A stretch of 64,000 nucleotides of DNA from Syncephalis fuscata S228 (taxonomy: Eukaryota > Fungi > Zoopagomycota). The stretch is taken from contig JAHLTZ010000050.1 in assembly GCA_025786725.1 (NCBI GenBank), positions 54,115 through 118,114 of the forward strand, written 5' to 3'. A program made the translations under genes and the position numbers. The notes under the pieces were generated by a model. That model had not been told where the DNA came from. It did not search any database and saw only the letters and a list, made by a program, of their open reading frames with translations. This document shows, piece by piece, positions 10,589 to 22,365 of this stretch; within the stretch, counting starts at the first letter, position 1, and each line of letters opens with the position of its first letter.

Positions 10589-12093
10589 GCATAAGGACAT
10601 TAGCATTGGTAGTGCAATCAAACCACTATTCCAATACAATTTAGGTATATATTCGGTGAAAAGCAAGACCATTTGACAATTACGCCGTCCAGTCTATTTA
10701 TATATCAAGTTTTGGCCAATGCTCCGGTTTATCCAGTCTTTAATCAATGGAATCATTATGTTACCAACATGTTTGCATCTAGTTGCCCATATTCAACTGT
10801 GCAAACTTATAGTAATAAATCCATGGTTCCATCTTAGCTATATACAATCAAATTGCTATATCTATAACCATGTTCTATTTGCATTCAATAATGACAATTA
10901 TCAATCAAATAGTTAAATTAATAACAAAATGTGTATAATTATATCGCCTAAGCTATAGGCATAGATTGGTATGGATAGTAGTAAAGCTATCATTATCATA
11001 TAGCCCAATAATAGTATGCTGAAATTAGAATAAATACGCTTTTTAATAAAACACGACAATAAAGCATACAATATTATAAAACAAAATAAATAGACAAGTC
11101 AAATGTGTGAATAGTAATAACAAAACTATACTGTATGCAATTAGCCAATAGTAATGAACGAAATGGATCAAGATCTGCTAAAAGAATACAGCTAGCAATA
11201 AACTTTTAGCTTTTATTAATATAATTTCTACAATTTACAATATTAATGATATAGACAGACATATAGTATGTGTATACAAGACAGATATGTACAGTACAAC
11301 AATAATGATAAATAAATAGCTTAATAACCAATGACACTCAACAGCCGGTTTCATCTTCAATAAAGCGGATATTTCGTTTAAATGTGTGGCTATTATAGCT
11401 ATTTAACTGCCAAATCACACTAAACAACCAATAGCATGCTCAATATTGTGGAAAAAGTGATCTTTATTTAGTTAATAAAAATATCATAAGATTTGATACA
11501 AATCAAGTGGTTTAAATGATCCGCCACAGCACCCTCTTAAGCTTCTTTCGCCATGTTCCACAGCTCTTTTAAATTGGAACATTGGAGCGACTACTGCGAC
11601 ATTTAAAATGAACGTTACGAGTAGATTGTTCTAGTTTATCAATGACAAATGCCATGTTGACGATTTTATTTTGCACATCTTCACTCTTGCTTGATACACC
11701 AACTAATTAATTTAAGTTGATCAAAGCAATAACACTTTTATGTAATTCGGAATTATTTAGTTGCTATATCTGATATTTAAATACTCTAAACCAATCTAAT
11801 CTTATTTGTTGGTTAGATTTAAATCTAAAATATTTATTAATTAAACAGTTTTTGTTTGCATTACAGTTTATTTATTTTGATAGTTGCTTCATTAGTAGTT
11901 TGTATTTATTCAATAAAAACGTTTATTTCAACATTAAATACTGTTCCAACACAATTAGTGCTAATCTTTACATAGCATGTTTTTGTATTGTATTTTGAAT
12001 TGCATTTGCCACAAATATATTGTTAAAGCCTTTTAACAAATAAAACATGATTAGCTTTTCAAATTCCCCTATTTTGCCTTGAATTTCATATTT

Positions 12094-12794
12094 GAGTCCT
12101 CAAAGCAAAACTGGCTTCAATTGAAAACATGCTGTTATGTACAAGAAACATAGTTACAATATTTTCATTTACTTTCTTTGAAATATTGAGGCCAATCGTT
12201 ATTATTGTTGACCATGTGTAGAAAGATTGATTGAATATTAATAGAATTCACATCGTTGCAATTCCACATTGTTCCGCAGTTATTGTTGTTATTACCACGT
12301 ACAGTGTGGCTTATTGCGTCTGAATGGTCTCTTCTATTTTCCAATCTTCTACTGTTGCATTGTGGGCATATTTGCAATGTAAGATACTCGTCTATGGTGA
12401 CAAAAAGGTAGGACGACTAGCGTTTCTGATGTTCATCATTGTCTTAAGTATTCTTAGCATCAACTTAGCAGGTACAAATTATTTGCCGGCCATTGATAAA
12501 ACAAATCCCTCCACCGTATGCAATAATGATAGTTGGGTGTTTTCACCAGAAGACCTTGTGGTGACAGTTGTAGCCAGAATATACGGCATGCCGTTGAGGT
12601 TACTTGAACAGGTGTTGATGTAAATAAAGAAATAAAGACTAGGAATTGAATATGTTTTTATTGATGTTCAAATACGCATGCTATTATATTGCTATATTCA
12701 ACATTATTGTATAATATATTACTGAATAAAACGATAAGATAACAATAAGAAAAAGAATGAAATAAGTAAACAAAAAATGTAGGAATCAAAGTAC
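12094..12794 (-). mobile_element. Degenerate, 5'-truncated Fanzor (TnpB-like) element, family A, copy 2
   Basis: FVTIDEYLTLQICPQCNSRRLE...NNCGTMWNCNDVNSINIQSIFLHMVNNNNDWPQYF resembles the Fanzor pattern DEyxTSqxCpxC...CxxC..WNRDxNaaxNi...RP..F. Near-identical to 5953-6484 over its upstream ~520 bp. Confidence 0.8.
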
Positions 12795-13172
12795 AGTAGC
12801 TTCCTACCAACTAATGATTTGTGACGGCAAAGATGTGATAATGATGTAAAAATAGTAAAATATTAAAGATTAATAAAGGTAATACTAGATTTATCTTAAT
12901 TTAGTTATGAATAAATAACTGATGTTTATGTGAAATTAATAAAGCTATATAAGTATTTTATCAAAATTACGTATAAAGCAGTCTTTATTCGTCATCATCT
13001 TTGTCAAATATACGTGTGTAATTTTCCATAGTAATAAAGACGTCAATAATCTTGGCAATATTATCTATATATTGGGTTCATTAGCAACGCACATATTATA
13101 TCTAACATTATAATTTGTTTGTCAGTTTATTAAGCAATTGTTTTTAAGTATTTGTTTGTTAAGTTGATAAAA

Positions 13173-14378
13173 ATGAGTAGCTATATTCCAGTACAAGGCG
13201 TTTGTCAAGTTAGCGCAGACCGTGGCAGTAAGCCGTTAAACATTGTGTATCAATTGCACGGGACTGGAACGCAGCGAGTACTACTTATCATGGGTTGGTA
13301 CCATGTAACTACCGTACCGTAAATAGCTAATGTTGCCAATAGGACACAACGGCACTTTGGATGCATGGCAATTACAAACGAGATTTTTGGTTCAACATGG
13401 CTATCAAGTCTGTGTATTTGATAACCGTAATATTGGACGTTCTGGTAAGTAGCAATAAATATATTTGCTATTTACTAAGCATAGTAATTTATGTAGATAA
13501 AGCCAACGAGCCATTCACGTTAGTGTTATAATATTATTCTAATATCTAAATACTAAGTTTTTTAGTGTAATGGACATGGCATTGGATACAATCGAGCTAC
13601 TAAATCACCTAGAATGGACATCTGGTGTTCATCTAGTGGGAATAAGTATGGGTGGTGCAATTTCTCAGCTACTAGCAAGTCATTATCCACAATACTTTAT
13701 TTCAGTCTGCCTAACAAGCACATTTATGGATATAAATGCAATGAAGGTATTTATGAAAAAATGAATATTGTAATTGTTTATAATAACAATACGATAGAAT
13801 TCAAAATCGTACAACTTGATATTTAGTCCACCGGTCTATTCTAGTGAGAAAGAACGCATAGAAGTTTACAAATACATTTTATTTCCCAAAGTATGTGCCT
13901 TACAGATTGAAATAACAATATATTAACGTCAGCACCATTAGCACTGGCTAGATAGTCCATCGGAATTTGCTCCAACAAAGACCAATTCACAATTACTAAT
14001 TGATGTAACTACATACAAATGATTAGTCAATTCAGTCTATTGATAAAACTGTATCACTAGTTATACGAGGACTCTCCGTTTAAAACCGATAGTACTACTG
14101 TAGATCTTCAGCTTGAAGCCATTAGGCAATATGTCCTGACCAAAGAGGAAATAGACAGTATTCGTATAGGCAAACTACCAGTACTTGTGTGCACTGGCGA
14201 TGAGGATAGTTTGATTGACCCAAATAATTCGGAATGTATTGCCAGGGCCTTGGAATGTCCGTTAAAAATATTTAAAGGATGCGGGCATGTAGTTATCATA
14301 CAAGAGCCGGATCTTTATAACCAAACGCTCCTTAAACATTTCCAGGGCATTAAGAATTCAATCAAAGCCAACGCTTAA
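13173..14378 (+). CDS. Alpha/beta-fold hydrolase (Abhydrolase_1 type), multi-exon
   Basis: VLLIMG, VCVFDNRNIGRS, nucleophile elbow HLVGISMGG, acid GDEDSLI and His motif GCGHVV, joined across GT-AG introns. Confidence 0.9.
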
Positions 14379-14733
14379 ACATCATCTTTTAAATTGCTAT
14401 GTAAATAAATCTATGGATTGCAATCAGCAATTTTACATTATATGCTATAGCCTATTATGCTTGGAGAATAAGCGTTCAAACATTGATATACATTTTAACA
14501 CACACATAATTGTTTATTTTCTATTTGTACTGTAATATTTGTAAACTTAACTAATTTGCTTAATATGCATATTATTAAGTATTGTTACGTACATATTAAA
14601 TAGAAATAATTTACGCATTTCTTAATCTATTATTATAGGTTCTAAATCACATAGCTTATTAATATTGCTTTAAATTAGAGCATTTATATTTATATTTATT
14701 CACCAACATATTTACTGTTGTATTTATTTTAGT

Positions 14734-16873
14734 CTATACTTTTGAATCGGCTATTTGTGTTGTTTCGGCTATATTCCAGCTTTGCATTTCAATCAAACGA
14801 CTAATGGCTCGATCAAATGCAAATACTTCTTCCTGTCCACTAAATATGTTGCTTGACAACTAATCAAATTAATTAATTACTAAATAATTATTAACACAAA
14901 TGGCTACTTGCCTGTTGATTTGTTAAACCAAGATCATCCATAAGCATTCGCTGGGCCGAATCCATAGATGAGCCGTTATTGCCGCCATTACCATCTGTTT
15001 TGTTTTCATTCTTTTCGCTAAATAATTCATGAATAGAACATTCGGCTAAACAAACGAGTTTAGTCTACTATATAGTTAGCATCAGTGTAATTCAAAACGT
15101 TGTATTCCAATATCACTACCTTATTTTCATACATGGCATCCAATAAAGTAATAAATCTCCGCGCTTCATTACGTCGCGTAAGACTCATACGTGGTATATC
15201 GGTAACAAATACTGTATGGTAATTGCGCACCAATTCGATATAATCGGCCGCACTTAATGCCTTCAATTGTGTAAGAGATACTAAAAGTGAAATCATGTTT
15301 TTGTAATTACCTCTGAGCAAAGTTCATAGAATGTAAATCGTGCAATTCCCTCAACCGACTGCGGTACAATTAGATGTCGACCAAGAAATTCAATTTTTTT
15401 TGTTTCCACTAAACTTTAATTAATTTTCAAGCACTATAAAATAACTGGTGTATTTACCTGGACGATCAGCCACTAGATCTTTAAACAAACGATCTATTGC
15501 TTGTCTGTTTTGTTGATCTGGTGGATAAAAGTACAAATTCTTGTGTGCTTTGGCTAATACATTCAGTTATTAGCCATCCATTTACTTGTTTCCATTCGGT
15601 AATCGCTTACCTAACCGGCGGTAATCTACACCTGAATCAAGATTGATAGTACCACAGTTCTTCTTTAATAGTTCAATACATGGAATAAAACTTTCTCGTT
15701 GTAATCCATTCCAATAAAGCTCTAAATAACAATAAATACTAAATACATACAATCAATCGTTAATTTACCATCTGGTGATCGATTTGAAGTGGTAATCATA
15801 ACAACACCATGGTCAAATAAAAGCGTAAATAGTCGACGTAGAATCATTGCATCAGCAATATCAGTCACCTATATTCTCTAGTTAGTATTAGGCTAATAAT
15901 CGCTCATCTATTTCTACCTGAAACTCATCAAAGCATAAAATCCATGCATCAGATACCAGATCCTGAGCAATAGGCGGTATTGGATCGATTGAACTATTCT
16001 GCATCTTTAATGCGTGAACACCTTCATTCGAATAAATTACACTGTGTTTCTATTGACGCACTACTTATTAACTACTTACGTCGATGGACATCCAACATAA
16101 AGTTGTGAAAATGAACACGTCGTTTACCAGGAATATTTAGACTCTTGTATAACAAATCCATAAGCATCGTTTTTCCAGTGCCTTTTAAAGACCGAATAAG
16201 TACTTAATTGCTCAACCAGTTCGTCTACGTACCAACACTTCCATAGCTATATTTTATCATAAATAAATCGTTTGTATTGACAGTGTAACAGTATTCACTT
16301 ACATATATACTCCTTTGGGCGGTGCAGATATTGTTTTCCGTGTAAATAATTTGATATCTAATTAAACATTAATTATTAGCTGTAAAATTATAACCAATCT
16401 TATTTACTTTAAGAAATAATCCCGATGATGGATTATCTTTAAACTGTTCTTGGAATCGTGTTTTATTATAAGCCAATACAAGATCGTATACTTCTTGCAG
16501 CTGATATACCACGGATCGTTGAAATATATCGTCACGTACTATTCCCGATTCCACTTGTGCATCGTAAGCTGCCATCGGCCCTATAAATTCATCGTATTAA
16601 TACACATATGCAACCATGACAGAATACATTATCTTCACATAGTTCATATTCCCTACCTTGTTGCTGCTCTTGGCTAGCTGCATTTTGTGATGCTTTAGCT
16701 AGTCCACTGTCTTGTACTTGCAGACGGGTATGTTCTGTTTGTGTACTACGATAGCGGAGAGCAGTAAAGTTGGCACGAACAATAGGTGCCACTAAATGAG
16801 CCCGAACAATTACTGGCGACGATGCAAAAGAAATAGTCTTACTTTGACGTACTAAACGAGATAGTGCAGTCAT
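14734..16873 (-). CDS. AFG1: AFG1/LACE1/ZapE-family mitochondrial ATPase, multi-exon
   Basis: Arg/Ser-rich presequence; PKGVYI|YGSVG|TGKTMLMDL (Walker A); [12 protein letters not shown]; LCFDEFQ|[10 protein letters not shown]; TSNR; LSAADY; [16 protein letters not shown]; [15 protein letters not shown]. Confidence 0.93.
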
Positions 16874-17281
16874 TGTGTAATAGGAGAGATGCAAGCAGCT
16901 AGGCAGCGAAGATAAAGAAGATAATAGGAGCGACAAACAATTATATGAGAACAGCGGTAACCGTGTCACACGGTTGAACGTCTGTTCCGAAGCAGAATGC
17001 AATAAAGAAACGATATTAAAAGTTAATTACTATCCTTTAATGTTATATTGTACGATTCTTCATACTGTTTAAAACTGCCCTAACAAAAGTAGTTCTACTA
17101 GTTAGTAGAAAAAGGATCGTAAACATATCTAGTATTCGTAAACTGTGTTTACAATATCCGTAAATTATATGTAATAACTGTAACAAAAAGGAAACTGTAA
17201 GCAGTTCCGTTTGTTACAATGACCTGTACTGAGATTAAATCTTCCGACGTACATCGCCATTATACTGTTTATTAGTTATTA

Positions 17282-17937
17282 TTAGTCTTTGAATGTCAAA
17301 CTAACGCTGTTAACACAATGACGCTCGTCGGTAGGCGTATTAAATTTTCGCCTTTGAAGACGTGGCCTAAATGGCCTCCACAGTTAGCGCAGCGAATCTC
17401 GGTGCGCACCATTCCCATGCTTGTATCCTCGAACCGAACGACGGCACCTATAATGCGGTAATACGATAAAATCAGCTTATTCAATCAGTTAATATTGCTA
17501 TCTTACCAGGAATGGCATCATAGAAAGCAGGCCATCCACAGCCTGAATCAAACTTGGTTGTCGATTCATATAATGGAGTACCACAGCCCGCACAGCCATA
17601 AACACCTTAGATAATAGTTATCGTCATTAGCAAAAAAAAACTTATTGCTAATAAAGCGGCTACCTTTTTTCGTATAGTGGTTGTATTCACCGGTGCCTGG
17701 GCTTTCTGTTCCGCCTTGACGTAGAATACGGAATTGTTCTGGGGAAAGCACCGCACGCCATTCCTCTTCGGTTCGTTGACCAGACATGTTGATTGGTGAA
17801 GAGGACCGAGAAAAGGTAGATAGCAATAAATGGCGGTTTGCACGATAAACAGTGGGCAATGACGAGCGAATAAGACTCGAAGCACGATAGAAATAAGTTA
17901 AACGGATTGAGAAACGGATTGGATACCGATAAAACAT
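17282..17937 (-). CDS. MXR2: Peptide methionine-R-sulfoxide reductase MsrB with possible mitochondrial presequence
   Basis: [59 protein letters not shown] and ERHCVNS. Two introns and one homopolymer frameshift. Confidence 0.93.
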
Positions 17938-18204
17938 GTAGTGGCGTATTTACTGTTGAATGGTGTGTTAAAAGATAGATATTTCTCTTTTACCAACTAG
18001 GAACAGGCCGAATAAAATATAATAGGAAAAATAGTGTTGAATCATGTGTGAAATAAAGGCGCAACAATTGTCCCACTATTACTAATACTGCCAATCAACT
18101 GTATAATGTAAAATTGCAATATAAGCACAATTTATATTGAGCCATGTACCCAGTAATAGTGATTTATTTATGTTAATGCTAGTACCTAAAAAATGTTCAC
18201 TATA

Positions 18205-18300
18205 CGTAACAAGGTGGCCGCCATGGCCACTTAAACCATATCCATGTAGCTAATAGACACAACAATGCTATTGCAGTTATTTAACAAGTGTAAATGTAAA
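18205..18300 (+). mobile_element. Degenerate fragment resembling the start of the LTR at 47425
   Basis: cgtaacaaggtggccgccatggccacttaaacc here versus tgtaacaaagtggccaccgtggccactaaattacc at 47425, with weaker similarity continuing downstream. Confidence 0.4.
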
Positions 18301-18423
18301 TAAAATAAAGAAAAAAATTGTGAGATACTTCATAAATATCAATAAAACTTAGTAGCCGTCATTAAAAAGTGATCATTATAATGATCTATATTTTGATTTT
18401 AAAGTTGATAAACTCCAAGGCAA

Positions 18424-19130
18424 TTAGCTTCTTCGAAACCAATTCAGTATAGTATCACTAATTATATACTTTCAAAATATGCTTGGGATTCAAAGCATCA
18501 GTCAAATTACCATGCCATAATCTTGCACCTGTAAAAGTCTCATGAGTTTTCTTACAATTTGATTTGTGCACCTACAAACAGTTTAGATGTTAGAATAAAA
18601 TATACGCTTTGTATTCAGTCTATAAATTATAGTACCTTATAAGCCCATGGCACTTTACTCTTGTACAATTTTTATGTTAATACGGAAGTGGATTATCGAT
18701 TATTTTAAATGTTTTAGACTTGAAGCTTGACAAGTAGAACGGGTTTTAGAGCTATTATACTCATCAACTAAAAGTACGTTAAATCCATTCTTTTAAAGTA
18801 TACGCTCCAAGCCAGCACCTCGAATAAGTTCTTGGGACTTTACATGACTTGCAGACTAGTTATCAAATATCAAAATAGCATCACTGTCAAACTTGGATTT
18901 AAGCTTATTGGCAAGCTTTTAGTCAGCTTACTGCTGGCTAATGTACGAAGATAGTTTTAGTTTTTTGAACAGCCAGTTTTGTTCGATAGGATTTATATTT
19001 GTTTGATAAATGTAGTATGATGCTAGATATTGGCTGAATAAAACTGTTGTTTATGCTTATATGTTGAAGCATGCATTTGATTTCGTTAATTGTAACTTTG
19101 TTGTAGTAGCATTTGAAATGATTAAAGCCA
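18424..19130 (-). pseudogene. Fanzor (TnpB-like) pseudogene, family B, C-terminal half with a spliceosomal intron
   Basis: WLFKKLKLSSYISQQ*AD*KLANKLKSKFDSDAILIFDN*SASHVKSQELIRGAGLERIL*KNGFNVLLVDEYNSSKTRSTC...DNPLPY...KCHGLIR|intron 18635-18572|CTNQ/CKK...RLWHGNLTDALNPKHIL...WFRRS*. Contains several in-frame stops. Confidence 0.82.
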
Positions 19131-19638
19131 TTTGCCTAATCTATATTATTGCACTTTATTATGCTCATTGCTGTTTGGCAAGCATAGAAATAGCATTTAA
19201 CAGTTCTATATATAATTCAAAATGTTTAATATATAAAATAATTGTCGAAATACATATACACTGGTATATAATGTCGTGTTCAGCCAGTTCCATAAAACTA
19301 TATGAAAGTCATGGTGGTTGACTAATGAAGAAGTAACAGCACATGATAGTTACTAGAATGGAGAATGTAAACAAGTAAAAATCGAATTACTAGTGGTTTC
19401 TATTCAACTACCGCATTACTGTTGGTACAATTTTGGACACCTTTCTTAAATATTTTGTTTAATAACCTAAAATGGCATCTAGCACATGTCATTATTCTTT
19501 TATAGAGCCATGTCATCTGAATTTATTTATTATTATTTTCGTCTCATATACATTGTCTTATTTTTCATTTACTTTTTGTCAACACTTTCCTATAATTAAA
19601 CCATACAATTATTTTTTGATACATCAGTTGCTTATAAT

Positions 19639-21465
19639 ATGATAGCAAGACAAGCACAACAACTGGTAATATTTACATTGTTGCTATTTTGTTCAACACA
19701 CCACTTTACCGTAGACAGTGCCAAAACATATGAAGATGATTTTTACACAAAACCTAATTATGACTGGCCCTATATTAGCTCTAGAATTACCGGTAAACTA
19801 GTTTATGTAACACCTTATTATGTACCCACCGGCGTTAAGCACTTCATGCCAATGGTATAAAGGAAAAGGTGTGAACTCGGAATTATTGACAGCGGATTAA
19901 TTCGAACACTGATGCATTTGAAGGAAATTACAATTATAATCATGGACTTGTGTCTATTAATTACAGTCAAGCTAAACATCATCTAAATGCAATAGACGTG
20001 GTGTAAGTCTAGCTGGAATTGCCGTTGCAAAAACCAATTATTTTACTGGAGTTGCACCCGAGGCAACACTTGGCACCTATCGCGTGTTTGGCTGCACGGC
20101 CCAACTTCAACCTCATTGGTGTTGCAAGCTATAACAGCAGCAATCAAGGACCAAATGAAAATTGTTGTATTGCCGGAGATTGCCATTGTAGATGAATATA
20201 GTACTAAACTAAAGAAACAATAGAAGATGCTGCAAAACATGGCGTGATTATGATTGTTGCAGCATCAGCCAATAATTTTATAAATCCAAATTACTTTTCA
20301 TATCAAGGCCTTCCTGTATTAAGTGTTGGTGGTTTTAAACAAAAGTATCGACTATCGCACTGGTTTGAGGAGAAAACAACTGCGTCGTATTGAGTTTAAT
20401 TCTCCGTGTTCAGACATGAGCTATGACTTTAACAAAGAAATGAATATTATTCTAGAAATATCAAGGGCAGATTAGAAGAACATCTTACTGGGCTTAAAAG
20501 AGGAGACATTGCACTTGTGTGGTATGATAAATCAACAACTCCTTATTTGTTAAAGTATGCTAAAATGATAAGGATGGCCGGGCTTATAATTGTAAACGGT
20601 CCTTCTAAAAAAAGACAAAAATGCGATATGCCTTTATTTGATATCAGTGAAAAAGATGCTTTGTTTATAAAAGAAGGCTATGCCAATAAGCTTGGATACA
20701 AATATAATTTTGCAGAAAAGTATGGCTACATTAAAGATGGCAGTGTTACTGTCGATACAGCTGACCGCAGAATGAACCATTCATACCGCCTTTCTATCCT
20801 GACATCTTGGCACCAAGTTACGAAATCTACACTACTACCACTCGTAAAAAATAAGCAAACCCATTTCAGCGATATATCAGCTGCTGTTGCATATGTTGCG
20901 GTGCAGCTGCATTGATAGCTGAAATTGATAACAAGAGTTTGGTTGATGTTAACCATGCAGAACTATATTACAAAACAGCGCAGTTCCCGTCAAAGTCAGT
21001 AATGCAGATTCCTACGTTTCTCCATTATATCAAGGCTCCGGTATAATCAATCTTACCAAACTAATAGATACTAAAAGTGTTCATGTTGAACCATCGTTAA
21101 TTAATTTGGAGGACACGTATACCAACGCAGTGGATGTATTGATCAAACTTTCACCTCTATCTGACACATCAGCATCGTATAAACTTTCACATATTCCAGC
21201 CGCTGCAGTTTTGAAATCAAAACCTATTAGCAATACATCGTCAGGAAAACATGTGATTGCAACCGTTTCCCTTCCAGGATCTATTGATTTACGACTAAAT
21301 CAGATAAGCGAGATCAACATAAAGATTAGTGTGCCGAGGAATATACAAAATGGCGAAATATGGTCATATTCCGGGTATATTGTAATTGATCCTAATCCAG
21401 GAATTAATGGATCACCATCGAACCATGCTGTTTATGTTCCATATTATGGAACAGTTAGAGGTTAA
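19639..21465 (+). CDS. Secreted subtilisin-like (S8) protein, copy 2, full length but frameshifted in this assembly; probably inactive
   Basis: Signal-like N-terminus; IIDSG; CNRRGVSLAG; FSDISAAVAYVAG where GTSMA is expected; QGSGIIN; C-terminal YSGYIVI...VYVPYYG typical of the Fn3-like tail of PA-S8 proteins. Many 1-nt deletions. Confidence 0.78.
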
Positions 21466-22365
21466 ACAGCTTAGATACAGACTATGCTTAACATTGTTTT
21501 GTTACTTGTTGGCAGTATTGCTTTTATTATGGCTTAACTAGTAAACATATTAGATTTCACTTTTACTTTTTGACTATTGATTTAACATATTGTATGTTCT
21601 GTATGGTGTTTCAAATATTTTAATTTTAAAAACTTAATTCTTGTTGTGCAAGTCAATAAGCTGTATCAATCGTATAATATACTATATGTCATTTAACATT
21701 ATTATACAATTTGTTTTTATTAGCAATTTTACTAGCCATTTGATATAATTTGAGGATCAAATAGTTACATGTAACAATATTAACATAGTTGAACTCCACA
21801 TTCGTCCTAGTGAACATGGAATCGGGTAAATAACATCACTCATAATGACAATCTCATTATACTGTACGCATATATTATATACATACACATAATTAATGTT
21901 GTATATTTATACTGCTGTATAGCACTCTATCATACGTTGAGCACAATCTATTTGCTATAGTCCTTAACATGCTGCATTCATTTTATTCATTGAGTTGCAT
22001 GCAATATACCTTTATAACTTTAATGAATATACAGCGAGAGGTATGTGATTAGCAGTGCTAGCTATATAATTCAATGGATATAATAAATAAATGTACTAAA
22101 TTTATAATAAATAAAATATAGCCAATATACTACATAATGATATATATGTATAGTGGACAGCTGTATCTTTTATTAACATTAAAGGGTCACTTTACATCGT
22201 GATTTTACAAGTCAACACACGGTGCAATGGTTGTGATCTAAAAAGGTACGTTTCAATATTGATTCTTGGGATTATTTAATGGTGTCGTCATCATACACAC
22301 ATTTTATCTTTATACTTGCCCTTGTACTGCCACTGTTTATTGACTAACTAGCAAACTAACGAGTC

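Noticed and set aside
18660-18945. RIP-like CpA-to-TpA mutation in the Fanzor relic (apparent CAA>TAA and TGG>TAG stops)
   Set aside because: These are the commonest routes to stop codons anyway; a RIP-like bias cannot be shown without an intact reference copy.
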